Assembly (NCBI GenBank): GCA_964036045.1
Contig: OZ038378.1
Span: forward strand, 155,124,001 to 155,188,000
From: Eutreptiella sp. 'Long Island Sound 2002'
Lineage: Eukaryota > Protista > Euglenida
DNA length: 64,000 nucleotides
Reading direction: 5' to 3'
The notes under the pieces are model-generated. The model was given only the letters and a program-made list of their open reading frames with translations. It was not told the origin of the DNA and did not search any database. Shown one piece after another: positions 1 through 14,200 of the stretch. The first letter of the stretch is position 1. Each line of letters starts with the position of its first letter. The position numbers and the translations under genes are program-made.

Positions 1-709
1 GGGCTACTGGGGTCATTAGATGGTTGCGATGCGGTTGACGATTCGTGCTGCGATGGCTGTGACCCTTGGGAGGAATGACTAAAAAACCTCATCATTGAAA
101 TTTGAGGTCCCTTTGCGGCGGGGGCAATGCCTGCGAGATGCTTCTTGCCCTTGCAACGTAACTCATGGGGGTGGGTGTCTGGGGAGGCCAAAATTGATAA
201 CCGCTCTCTGCAGGGACATGTCCACCCATGGGCGTCCCGCTTACCCCATGCGATGTTGATTGCTGACGACATGCAAAAAGTCTGTGAGAAGTGGGAGCAA
301 CAAAAATGTATAAATGGAGATTGGGTGACTCTTGACCTGACTGTCCTACATGATGATTCTTGTGTTGATCTTCTCCCTCTCACCCTTTCCGTTGTGTCCC
401 TCTCCTTGCACTACCTCGCAAATTGCCCTCTTCCTCTTGCCCCTAGAACCCCAAACCTGCAAATGCACAAGTGACTACTCTTAACTGAAGTGGAGGTCAA
501 CTGCAAATCTCGTACAATGCAACATAGTAATGTTCACATGCAAATTCAGGTCACTTACCCAGCAAGGGTCGTGCTTGCGAAAAAAAAACCCAACAAGTGC
601 GTTCGCTTGTTTTTCGGGGGCTACCCCCAGAGGGGGGGGGGGGTACAAAAAAATGTTTCCAGTGGCCCCCTGGGATAGAGGGGAACGGGGCATGGGGGCA
701 TTTTTAGTA

Positions 710-906
710 TGACAAAAGGGTAGGGGGACGGATTAAACCGGATCCTCGGCCGGCCGAAAGTCTGGCCGGACTTTCGGCTCGCCGATCGGCCAGCCGAAGG
801 TCCGCCGAGCCGATAGGTATGCCGAGCCCAAGTCCGGTTAAATCCGGCGGGCTTCAAATCTTGATGAGATCCAAATGTGCCCGCCACCAATCCTTTGTCT
901 TTGTCC
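710..906. mobile_element. Putative foldback MITE with TA flanks
   Basis: ta|tgacaaaag...ctttgtcc|ta termini; internal inverted repeat cggattaaaccgga / tccggttaaatccg. Confidence 0.4.
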
Positions 907-1908
907 TAGGGCCCGCATCCTAGCGCTTTCCTGAAAGCCTCTGTGAGAGGTGTGATATTGTTGACATAAGCTGTCATTGCTACTGCTCACTCTTCCGGCT
1001 CTGGGTCAACGTTGTCTTCCAGCAAGCCCCAAAAATTGATGTAGTGCCTTACCAGCTTCGTCCACAAGTACAAGCAACTCAAGCAGCGTCCCTTGGCCCG
1101 AGTTTGATCTGCAACTGTTCTTGTAAAAGCAATGTCCAAGTGCAAAATTCAACATGGATCACTATCGTCCCATACTACTCCACAAAGAGAACAAAATTCA
1201 GTGGCATATAGCCAACAAAATCTACACTCCCGATACTGGTTTCTCTTCTGGCATGCCGCAGGCCATTCAAGACGCACTGCAGGGGGCTGCGCGGGGGGAG
1301 CACCCCAATGGCAACAGCAATGGATGCAACAGGCCACAGCAACGGGCAGCAGCAGGCGTCAGGGAACACCCAGATGGGGGCAGAGGGGAAAATACAAATG
1401 CAAGGCCAAATGCATCCTGGGCATATGAGTACATGCATTACTCGTAATGGGTGTTCTGGTTGGTGAAGGGGGGTGAAATGCCTCACCACCGACCATCCCC
1501 TGACCACTCCCCCCATCCCCCAGAAGTCTCCACTGGTGCAGCGGTCAGAGGCCTTGCTGCGTGTCCAGCACCCCCCGGTTCGATTCCCGGGATGTCCCTC
1601 TGTGACCCCGCGACCAAGGCATGGCGGTCCTCGGTATGACCCCCGGGAGAGGGAGGAGGGCCCTCAGCCGCTCATGCGACCTTGTGAGACATCCTGGGCG
1701 CACTTCAGGACCTGTCACCTTGAAGTGGCAAGTGACAGATCCAGTGGCAGACCCCGACATTGCATCCCCCCTCTTTCCCCCACACTCTGCGTGCACCAGC
1801 AAATGTGAATGCTTCGGCAGCAACTTCAATGGAATGAATGTCAAGAGGTATCTTCCCCTTAGCCTTTTGGCATGGTGGGGCAGAGACGGATTGGGCGACA
1901 TACGTCAC

Positions 1909-2229
1909 TTGATCCCTCAGCACCTCAGTCTGCTGCTCCTGCTGAGATGCATCCGACTGGTCGCTGTAGAAATCCCCTGCATCGTCAGCAGGTGGTATGA
2001 AACCTGCATCTGCGGCATCGCTGTGCAGCACAACCACATCCGCGGTTGTCTCCGAATCGTCAGTGCATTCCGCACTTTGCTCACCCGGGACTTCAGCAAC
2101 AGCTGGTGCGGATCGCGGAGCTTGTTCCACTTTCTCCTTCAGCTGCTGGTGCTTTTGCATCAATTCGTCAAACACCTGCTCTTTCTGCTGCAGCGTGTCC
2201 TTCAACTCAGCAATTTGCGCTTTCAGATC
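1909..2229 (-). CDS. Coiled-coil gene exon (107 aa, DLKAQIAELKDTLQQKEQVF...LRDQ)
   Basis: ttttag|GAT...CAA|gtgacg; 321 bp; in frame with ORF 1705-2205. Confidence 0.8.
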
Positions 2230-5200
2230 CTAAAACATGACACAATACTACAAAACAAATCGTCGAAAGCCACACGCACACTAACTAGCGCAACCTCACC
2301 ACACCACGTCCACTTCAATGTGAAAACAGCGGTGAGTGATTGACAACCAGCATAGTGCAAAGAAGCAGACAGATGAAAAATCTGCCCAGTGCAGCACCAC
2401 AAGCCACATACAAAAACACTAAAATGGTTTTACTGTGCAATACGCATGTTTGTCTGCAGATGCACCAGAATAGTTTTGTCTCAGGTTTCGTCTTGAACTG
2501 CCTGTAAATCTTGCATTTTGGCATACCTTGAAAAATACTGCAACATACAGTGTTCGGGGGAGGATCTGTGTGTAGGGGAGTGGATTTGGATTGGTGGCCA
2601 ATGCGCAATGGCAGGCCATCCCCACGCTGGGCCATGCCTGGAGGATCGTGGCTGCCTCTTCAGGTCCTTGAGGCCTGTGGGGTGGTGGCACTGACGCCTT
2701 CGCGATAGATCTGTCATACAACCATACCACTGGCTGCCACTGGACTGGTCAGGTGCATATTACATGACTGACAGGGCGGGAAGAAAATTGCTTTGCGGGG
2801 GGAGGGGGGGGGATGGCACGGAAGCCCATTTGCCCAACCCCCCCCTCCCCCTCCTTGGTCGCCGTGCCGGGAGGGGGTTTTGGGCTGGGGCTGCCCTACC
2901 TGCCGTGCCGGGGCGGGGGGTCGACCCCAACATCTGTGGCTCAAAATGATCCCCACGTCGCGCTGATCATTTTGACTACACATATGTGGGGGAAAATTTT
3001 TTCGTGAAGAAAAACTTTCCGGGCCAAAATTTGTGTTCCGGCGCCTTTGGTGGCAACATCCGTCCTTACACAAAACAAAGGGCCCGGCACAGAAGCCCAT
3101 TTCTGGACCCCCCCCCCCCTCCTTCAGCGGGCGTCCGTGCCATCCCCCCCCCCCCCCCGCGCAGAGCAATGTTTGGGCCGCCCAGGGTGGATGCCATGCA
3201 CAGGCAGGGCACGGGCAAAATGGAAACTGTGGGGCCGGGGGCCCTTGGAGCTCCTTTTCCAGCCTCCCGCCCCCACCGCTGGAGGGGGTTTGAAGGGCCC
3301 ACCTCCCGACACCCCAATTGGTCACCAGCCCAGGGGAATGACAGGGCGGTCCTCATATTGGAGTCTCCCAACTGTAGATCCTCACACAGTGAGGCTTGGA
3401 CCCTATCCAAACCCTTCAAACGATAGGTACCTATGGCCAAACGATAGGTACCTATGGCCAAACGATAGGTACCTATGCCCAAACGATAGGTACCTATGCC
3501 CAAACGATTGGTACCTATGCCCAAACGATAGGTACCTATGCCCAAACGATAGCTACCTATGCCCAGACGACAGGTACCTATGGCCAAACAACAGGTACCT
3601 ATGCCCAAACCATAGGTACCTATGGCCAAACGACGGGCACCTATGCCCAAACGATAGCTATCTATGCCCAAACGATAGGTACCTGTGCCCAAACAACGGG
3701 TACCTATGGCAAAACGATAGGTACCTATGGCCAAACGATAGCTACCTATGCCCAAACGATAGCTACCTATGCCCAAACGACAGGAAGCTATGCCCAAACG
3801 ATTGGTACCTATGCCCAAACGATCGGTAGCTATGCCCGAACGACAGGTACCTATGCCCAAACAACAGGTACCTATGGCCAAAATACAGGTGCCTATGGAC
3901 AAACCATAGGTACCTATGGCCAACCCATAGGTACCTATGCCCTAACGATTGGTACCTATGCCCAAACGACAGGTACCTATGCCCAAACGACAGGTACCTA
4001 TGGCCAAACAATAGGTACCTATGGCCAAACGATAGGTACCTATGCCCAAACGATAGGTACCTATGCCCAAACGATTGGTACCTATGCCCAAACGATAGGT
4101 ACCTATGGCCAAACGATAGCTACCTATGCCCAAACGATAGGTACCTATGCCCAAACGATAGCTACCTATGCCCAAACGATAGGTACCTATGGCCAAACAA
4201 CAGGTACCTATGGCCAAACGATAGGTACCTATGCCCAAACGATCGGTACCTATGCCCAAACCATAGGTGCCTATGCCCAAACGATAGGTACCTATGCCCA
4301 AACGATAGGTACCTATGCCCAAACAACAGGTACCTATGCCCAAACGATAGGTATCTATGCCCAAACGATAGGTACCTATGCCCAAACAATAGCTACCTAT
4401 GCCCAAACGATTGGTACCTATGCTCAAACAACAGGTACCTAAGGCCAAACGATAAGTACCTATGCCCAAACGACAGGTACCTATGCCCAAACGATATGTA
4501 CGTATGCCCAAACAACAGGTACCTATGCCCAAACGATCGGTACCTATGCCCAAACGATAGGTACCTATGCCCAAACGATATGTACCTATGCCCAAACGAT
4601 AGGTACCTATGCCCAAACAACAGGTACCTATGGCCAAACGATAGGTACCTATGCCCGAAAGATAGGTACCTATGGCCAAACGACAGGTACCTATGGCCAA
4701 ACGATATGTACCGATGCCCAAACGACAAGTACCTATGCCCAAACGATAGGTACCTATGCCCAAACGACAGGTACCTATGGCCAAACGATAGGTACCTATG
4801 GCAAAACGATAGGTACGTATGCCCAAACGATAGGTACCTATGCCCAAACGATAGGTACCTATGCCCAAACAACAAGTACCTATGCCCAAACGATAGGTAC
4901 CTATGCCCAAATGATAGGTACCTATGCCCAAACCACAGGTACCTATGGCCCAACAACAGGTACCTATGGTCAAACAACAGGTGCCTATGGACAAACGATA
5001 GGTACCTATGGCCAACCGATAGGTACCTATGCCCAAACGACAGGTACCTATGCCCAAACGACAGGTACCTTTGCCCAAACGATAAGTACCTATGGCCAAA
5101 CGACAGGTACCTATGCCCAAACAACAGGTACCTATGCCCAAACGACAGGTACCTATGCCCAAACGACAGGTACCTATGCCCAAACGATCGGTATCTATGC

Positions 5201-8200
5201 CCAAACGATAGGTACCTATGCCCAAACGAAAGCTACCTATGCCCAAACGATAGGTACCTATGGCCAAACGATTGGTACCTATGCCCAAACGACAGGTACC
5301 TATGCCCAAACGATCGGTATCTATGCCCAAACGATAGGTACCTATGCCCAAACGAAAGCTACCTATGCCCAAACGACAGGTACCTATGCCCAAACGATAT
5401 GTACCTATGCCCAAACGACAGGTACCTATGCCCAAACGATCGGTATCTATGCCCAAACGATAGGTACCTATGCCCAAACGATAGCTACCTATGCCCAAAC
5501 AATAGGTACCTATGCCCAAACAACAGGTACCTATGCCCAAACGATATGTACCTATGCCCAAACAACAGGTACCTATGGCCAAACGATAGGTACCTATGCC
5601 GAAACGATAAGTAACTATGCCCAAACAATAGCTACCTATGCCCAAACGATAGGTACCTATGGCCAAACGACGGGTACCTATGCCCAAACGATCGGTATCT
5701 ATGCCCAAACGATAGGTACCTATGCCCAAACGATAGCTACCTATGCCCAAATGATAGGTACCTATGCCCAAACAACAGGTACCTTTGGCCAAATGATATG
5801 TACCTATGCCCAAACAACAGGTACCTATGGCCAAACGATAGGTACCTATGCCCAAACAATAAGTACCTATGCCCAAACGATAGCTACCTATGCCCAAATA
5901 ATAGGTACCTATGCCCAAACGATAGCTACCTATGCCCAAAGAATAGGTACCTATGCCCAAACGATAGCTACCTATGCCCAAATAATAGGTACCTATGCCC
6001 AAACAACAGGTACCTATGCCCAAACGATCGGTACCTATGGCCAAACGATAGGTACCTATGCCCAAACGATAGGTACCTATGCCCAAACGATCGGTACGTA
6101 TGCCCAAACGATAGGTACCCATGCCCAAACGTCAGGTACCTATGGCCAAACGATAGGCACCTATGGCCAAACAACAGGTGCCTATGGCCAAACGATACGG
6201 ACGTATGGCCAAATGATAGGTACCTATGCCCAAACGACAGAATACCTATGCCCAAACAACAGGTACCTATGGCCAAACAATAGGTACCTATGCCCAAACG
6301 ACAGGTACCTATGCCCAAACGACACATACCTACGCCCAAACAACAGGTACCTATGGCCAAACGATAGGTACCTATGCCCAAACGACAGGTACCTATGCCC
6401 AAACAATCGCTACCTATGCCCAAACGATAGGTACCTATGCCCAAACGATGGGTACCTATGCCCAAACGATAGGTATCTATGCCCAAACGATAGTTACCTA
6501 TGCCCAAAAGGTGGTTCCCTATGCCCAAACGATTGGTACCTATGCCCAAACGATTCGTACCTATGGCAAAATGATGGATAACTATGCCCAAACGATTGGT
6601 ACCTATGCCCAAACAACAGGTACCTATGGCCAAACGAGGGGTACCTATGCCCAAACGATCGGTATCTATGCCCAAACGATAGGTACCTATGCCCAAACGA
6701 CAGGTACCTATGCCCAAACGATAGGTACCTATGCCCAAACGATAGGTACCTATGCCCAAACGATCGGTATCTATGCCCAAACGATAGCTACCTATGCCCA
6801 AACGACAAGTACCTATGGCAAAGCGATAGGTACCTATGCCCAAACGATAGCTACCTATGCCCAAACGATAGGTACCTATGCCCAAACGATAGCTACCTAT
6901 GCCCAAACGACAGGTACATATGCCCAAACAACAGGTACCTATGCCCAAACGATAGCTACCTATGCCCAAACGATAGGTACCTATGCCCAAACAACAGGTA
7001 CCTATGCCCAAACGACAGGTACCTATGCCCAAACGATAGCTACTTATGCCCAAACGATAGGTACCTATGCCAAAACAACAGGTACCTTTGGGCAAACGAT
7101 AGGTACCTATGCCCAAACAACAGGTACCTATGCCCAAACGATAGGTACCTATGCCCAAACGATAGCTACCTATGCCCAAACGACAGGTACCTATGCCCAA
7201 ACAACAGGTACCTATGCCCAAACGATAGCTACCTATGCCCAAACGATAGGTACCTATGCCCAAACGATATGTACCTATGCCCAAACGACAGGTACCTATG
7301 CCCAAACGATCGGTATCTATGCCCAAATGATAGGTACCTATGCCCAAACAACAGGTACCTTTGGCCAAATGATATGTACCTATGCCCAAACAACAGGTAC
7401 CTATGGCCAAACGATAGGTACCTATGCCCAAACAATAAGTACCTATGCCCAAACGATAGCTACCTATGCCCAAATAATAGGTACCTATGCCCAAACAACA
7501 GGTACCTATGCCCAAACGATCGGTACCTATGCCCAAACGATAGGTACCTATGCCCAAACGATAGGTACCTATGCCCACACGATAGGTACCTATGCCCAAA
7601 CGATAGGTACCTATGCCCAAACGATAGGTACCTATGCCCAAACGATCGGTACGTATGCCCAAACGATAGGTACCCATGCCCAAACGTCAGGTACCTATGG
7701 CCAAACAATAGGTACCTATGGCCAAACAACAGGTGCCTATGGCCAAACAGTACCGACGTATGGCCAAATGATAGGTACCTATGCCCAAACGACAGATACC
7801 TACGCCCAAACAACAGGTACCTATGGCCAAACAATAGGTACCTATGCCCAAACGATTGGTACCTATGCCCAAACGACACATACCTACGCCCAAACAACAA
7901 GTACCTATGGCAAAACGATAGGTACCTATGCCCAAACGACAGGTACCTATGCCCAAACAATCGCTACCTATGCCCAAACGATAGGTACCTATGCCCAAAT
8001 GATGGGTACCTATGCCCAAACGATGGGTACCTATGCCCAAACGATAGGTATCTATGCCCAAACGATAGTTACCTATGCCCAAAAGTTGGTTCCCTATGCC
8101 CAAACGATTGGTACCTATGCCCAAACGATTCGTACCTATGGCCAAATGATGGGTACCTATGGCCAAACGATAGGTACCTATGCCCAAACAACAGGTACCT

Positions 8201-11200
8201 ATGGCCAAGCGCTACGTACCTATGCCCAAACGATAGGTACCTATGCCCAAACGATAGGTACCTATGCCCAAACGGTTGGTACCTATGCCCGAACGACAGG
8301 TACCTATGCCCAAACGACAAGTACCTATGGCAAAACGATAGGTACCTATGCCCAAACGATAGCTACCTATGCCCAAACGATAGGTACCTATGCCCAAACG
8401 ATAGCTACCTATGCCCAAACAACATGTACCTATGCCCAAACGATAGCTACCTATGCCCAAACGATTGGTACCTATGCCCAAACGATAGCTACCTATGCCC
8501 AAACGACAGGTACCTATGGCCAATAGATAGGTACCTATGCCCAAACGATAGCTACCTATGCCCAAACGATAGCTACCTATGCCCAAACGATTGGTACCTA
8601 TGCCCAAACGATCGGTATCTATGCCCAAACGATCGGTATCCATGCCCAAACGATAGGTATCTATGCCCAAACAACAGGTACCTATGCCCAAACGACAGGT
8701 ACCTATGGCAAAACGATAGGTACCTATGCCCAAACGATAGCTACCTATGCCCAAACGATAGGTACCTATGCCCAAACGATAGCTACCTATGCCCAAACGA
8801 CAGGTACCTATGCCCAAACAACAGGTACCTATGCCCAAACGATAGCTACCTATGCCCAAACGATTGGTACCTATGCCCAAACGATAGCTACCTATGCCCA
8901 AACGACGGGTACCTATGGCCAATAGATAGGTACCTATGCCCAAACGATAGCTACCTATGCCCAAACGATAGCTACCTATGCCCAAACGATAGGTACCTAT
9001 GCCCAAACGATCGGTATCTATGCCCAAACGATCGGTATCCATGCCCAAACGATAGGTATCTATGCCCAAACAACAGGTACCTATGCCCAAACGACAGGTA
9101 CCTATGGCTAAACGATAGGTACCTATGCCCAAACGATAGGTACCTATGCCCAAACGACAGGTACCTATGCCCAAACGACAGGTGCCTATGCCCAAACGAC
9201 AGGTGCCTATGCCCAAACGACAGGTATGTATGGCTAAACGATAGGTACCTATGCCCAAACGATAGGTACCTATGCCCAAACGATTGGTACCGATGCCCAA
9301 ACGATAGGTACCTATGGCCAAACGATAGCCCTGAGCCATGGGCTAAGGGTCAGAAGCCCCCTCTGACAAGGGTCCCTTGCTACCCCCTTGGAGGACCAAC
9401 CTAACAGAGGGGGGCCACGGGCCACTGTCTCCTGGAGTAGGCATCCAGTTGGGACACTCAAGATGGTTAACTCAACAGGTCCACAAGACCCTGTGTGACA
9501 GTGTAAACCATGAACAATCTTAACGCACTGTCCCACGTATACACGGTCACTATTCAGTGGACTGAAGCACTGGGTGCCTCACCAAACAAAAACCCTATCA
9601 TAGCCCCGGCCGACTGTGCTAAAGGCAGGCTCACCTGGAGACCGTGACTGGCAACCCCTCGTTCTTCCGCGTGGTGTGGCAGTGGCGGGAGCTTGCCCAT
9701 CCGGAGAGCACCTTCCCTAGGGGGCGGGGCTCCCGGGTGGTGGGGGCTTATCTGGCCCATCCACCCAGGAAAAAGGGGGTCAGATTGGATACGGGGGGGG
9801 GGGGATTTTATGCACGCAGGGGCCTTGGATTATGCAATGCGCAATTATGCACAATTATGCAAAATTATGCACGACTATGCGGGCTGCATTGCAACGAAGA
9901 CACACAGGGATTGCAAACAAGAGGGAACCTGGGAGTGCGATCCCCCACAAACAGACAACACAGTGAAATCTGCAGCAGCCATTCATGCCTATTTTGGTCA
10001 GAAAATCAACTTGTACTCCCTCATTTTCAGACGGTGGAAGAATTTCATCGTCCGGCAAAATATCTTCAGCAGTGGAAGCATGTGCAGGTGCATTTTGCTA
10101 GACAAAATTGTCCATGATAAACACAACAACAAACTGCATTGGACAAGAGTGGAGCAGACCATTATGCACAATTATGCACAATTATGCACGTGCATAATCC
10201 CCCCCCCCCTGTTGGATAGGCCTAGAGTCAACCACAATCCAAGACCCTGGGTCCCCCAAAACACCCACCACCTGATGACAGGTCTGGGTTGCAGGGAACC
10301 CCTCTTACCAAATAAGCGGGGGTGACACCAGCTGAGGGGAACAGCCGTGCCATGCAATGGTGGTTTGACGGCCACCCGGACGTCCTGTTTAGACTAAGGT
10401 CTCATAGAGCAATGAAACCGCCATCCAGGGATTCGCCAATGCCCACAGCAAACCACCACCCCGGTGGTGCAGCAAGGGCAGCTGCGTTTGACTGGGCACG
10501 TACGTCAGTAGGCAATGCACAAACACGGCGCAGACGTCTCTCAAAGCTGCCACTACGGACCTGCGTATCGCTGTCATCCACCGTGACAACAGGCTCCGAA
10601 GCACGTGCCACTTGCTCCTTCAGTTGCTGGTTCTCCTGCACCAACTGGTCAAATGCCTGCGCTTTCTGCAGCAATGTGCCCTTCAACTCTTCAAGTTCAC
10701 GGCACAGCTCCTGCTGCCTATCTTCTTGAGCGGCGTGGGTATCCTCCGCGTGTGACTCCCCATCTGCCTCAAGTGGCTCGTTGTCGCGGACGTGCGCGGC
10801 AGCGGTTGCTTCCATTCCTTCATCAGGGCCTGACGCCGCCTGCGGTTCTGGGGCCACAGAGTTCTGCGAGAAATGGACGACCGGCACAGTGAAAATGCGT
10901 GCGAGCACGTGGTAATGTCTGCCTGTGCATATGTGCGCGGGTTCTAGAGTGGGTGGGTGAAGGATATAAATAGAAGACTGGATCCCTTATGTAAGGCCCG
11001 ATGGTGGAAATGGGGGGATGGGGTTGGGGGGTGGGAGGGAGAAGAGATCGGGCAGCCACGATGGCGACAGACACAAAATGAGTGGAAATGGGGGGATGGG
11101 GTTGGGGGGTGGGAGGGAGAAGAGATCGGGCAGCCACGATGGCGACAGACACAAAATGGGCCACAATGGGGCCCTGGGCCCAGGATCGCGTCGAGGCATG

Positions 11201-14200
11201 GGTCATTGTTTGGAAGTGTTGGCGCCTCCTTCAGAAGGCACCCCATCCCTGGGCCGATGGTGCGCATTCAAAAATACGGTAGACCCACCCACCCACAGCC
11301 TCAGACTCCCCACGGCGAAGGTGGACGCGCAAGCCCGTGCCCACCCCCACCACATCTCCGGTGCTGCTGGCACAAGCCCAGGACCTCAGGAAGCTCGTTC
11401 GCTGCTTTGTCCTGCGAGTCATTGTTGTCGGCGTCGTCGGAGTCGGAGTCGGAGTCGGAGTCGGAGTCGGAGTCTTCGGAGTCCTCCGCCTCCCGCTCTG
11501 CAAGTTTTTGCTCCAGCAATTCCACGTTCTGCCTCAAGGCGCTAATCACAGCCTCGCTCTGCTGCTGAATCTGTAGGCCCATTGCTTCAGCCTCCTGCAC
11601 TGCCCCCCGCAGACTGGCCTCTTCTCCCTTTAGACCGGCCACTGCAGCCGTGAGGTCAGTCACTTCGGCCTTCAAACTCGACTCCTCTGCCTGTAAAGCG
11701 GCCAATTCCGATTCCAACTGCGATTTGAGGGCGGTCTCAGCTTGCAACTGCTCTTTCACTCTTGTCAGCTCGTCAGCATCCGCCTGCAAGAGGGAATGCA
11801 AAGAATAATAATAAACATAATAATAATAACCAGGGGGAATGCCAAATGCAACGGGGAATGCACAGGAGAACACAGAGGGAAATGCAGGGGCAAGTGCATG
11901 TAGAGGGAAATCCATGTCCTCTCCTGTGTGGGGTGGTTCCTTCAGCATCTCCCTCTACATTCCTCTGCACCACTCGGCGCTCCCCTCTGCATTGCCCTGA
12001 AAGTGCGCCCCCGCTATGTTCCCAAAGCGCTTTCTGCCCCGGACTTGCAGCTGCACCCCCCCTGAAGTGCATTCTGTGCCTGTCATGCACTGTGCTGTTG
12101 AAGTGCCCCTGTCCCTTTCCTGGCCCCCAGCAGCCTAGCCCCAACCCCCGGCGCAAACAGCGTCCAGGGATTGAAAAGCACATCGCCCCATCTGTATCGT
12201 CCCATTACGCTCCCCTGCTCATTGCCCCTGTGTTGACTGCCAATCGCTGGCGATTCACCACCTGCCACCGCCACAGAAACGCCATCGGCCAAATCCCGTA
12301 CGTTCCTTGTCCGCTATGCCAACCCTTGGGATGCACACATGCGGGGGCAGAGGCAAATGCAAGGATGAATGCACAAGGGAGGGCACAGAAACTACGGAGG
12401 AGAATCGTGCACTGCGAACAACACAACAAGTGCCAAGAAGATGATGTGGTGAGCCCTCAGCGCCGTCCCTCTCGTTTCTGACAGAGGACATGGCAGCACC
12501 CGCGGTCCTGCCCATACCAGGAGCTCTTCCACACGCCTGGCCAGCTCATCCCGGTTGAGAGTCAGTGCAGCATTGGCGTCCTGTAGAAGCTGCCGCTCGG
12601 ATGAAATGCTTACGGCCTCCTTTTGCATGGATATCTGTACACATTCCAAGAAAAAGCGATGGATTTGCACTGGGCTTCCCAATCCACCAAAATCATGACG
12701 AATGTGTGATGACGAAGTGCAGAGTATGCGTCAGGAAGGGCCCAATGATGTGCTTGAGCGGGAAGGGGGGGGGGGAGGATCTACTCATCGCGAATGCAAC
12801 GTCTTGACCAATGCGGATTTTCCGGTGGAGGCTGGATGCTTGCTGCAAATACGTGGATGATTCCTGGTACTTCCTGGATGCTTGCTGCAAATACGTGGAT
12901 GATTCCTGGTACTTCTTGGATGCTTCCTGCAAAGTCCTGAATGCTTCCTATTTAGCCTGGATGCTTGCTGTTAATTCCTGGATGGTTGCAGTAGATAGAT
13001 ACTTCCCACCAAAACACCACCACGGTTGATACCCTTTTGGCGCCAGAGGCCCGGTGAAAACTTGTTGGGGTCACCACACTCTGACTTTCAGATGACTTAG
13101 AGGGGTTGGAAGGGGGGGGGGGGGGTGAGGGCAGAAAGGGGGGGACCTCCTCCTGCCCATTGTTCAATTCAAGCACAAGATTGCAAGGACCCCTGCACTC
13201 GCCCTCACCCGCAACCCCCACACAGGTCCGTCTCCCACTGGTCTTGAAATCATGCAGAGCAGCTGCACCACGGGGGTGGGAGGGGTATTGGGCTCCCCAT
13301 CATGAAGTGCAGCTTTGGGAGGGCCGCCGACCTCCAAAACATGCACTGCAGCCGTGGGCCTCCGTAATGCAGGGAGAGGCAGAGGTTTCGTTACTCTGGG
13401 TTTGCTACTTTGCTTGGTGCTCTTCAGTGGCCTCATTGTTGGAGTGAAGCGGACTTAAGGCTTCTGGACGTGCGGCACGCACACTGACCGCTGCATGGAC
13501 CACTGGGATGCGTTGACCGCTGACTGAAAGGGCGAAGGCGAAGGGGGCTGGGTGGCGTTCCCTATCAGAAATAGTTTGCCTGAAACTTATTGTGCAGGCC
13601 AGTGCTGCTCTCCAATCTACAGTGCACGCGATGCAGGCCGGTGCTCCTCTTCCACCGGCCGCATGGCTGGTTTTGGGCTGAACGTTTTGGAGGCCAGTGG
13701 CCCTATCTCACTGGCTGCATTGCAGCCAGTGCTGTTCTCCCACTAGGTGCACTGCATGCGTTGGAGGGAAGTGCACGCGGCCCACCAGCTGGTTGGCTGA
13801 CGCCCCTCTCCTACCGGCAGCCTCGCACGTTTTCGAAGCTTGTGCCCCTTGTATTATCCTCGCATAGCATGTTTTGGCTAGTGCTCCTCTCCCACTGGAT
13901 GGACTGCATATTTCTGAGGACGGTGCCTCCTCTCTGCATTGCACGCTGTTGGTCCGTTTTGGAGGCTGATACCCTGTACCCACCGGCTGTTTGGGAGGCC
14001 CCTGTCCTTCTCCCAATCTTCGCTCCGCACCGCTGGCCTTTGACAAGAATACGAAACAGAGGAAAGCGGCACGAGGGGTGGGATGCTACTTCAGGAGGTG
14101 GGCAAACAACAGTGCACTCTCAGCAAAAGGGCGTGGGTCACAGCATCAGGCCCACACGGCGACGAACAGAATGGGCGGTGTTGGATCACGATCGGGATTC

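Noticed and set aside
3418-9327. CRISPR array interpretation of the palindromic repeat
   Set aside because: There are no unique spacers: units are contiguous and near-identical. No cas genes are present and the context is eukaryotic.
3047-9404. Long ORFs (up to 766 aa) of QTIGTYA, PNDRYLC, LGIGTYR and FGHRYLS repeats
   Set aside because: The 21-bp unit has no stop in four of six frames, so these ORFs are automatic. Sporadic stops (e.g. near 4440, 8524, 8923, 9108) and a 1-bp insertion near 6241 show no frame is maintained.
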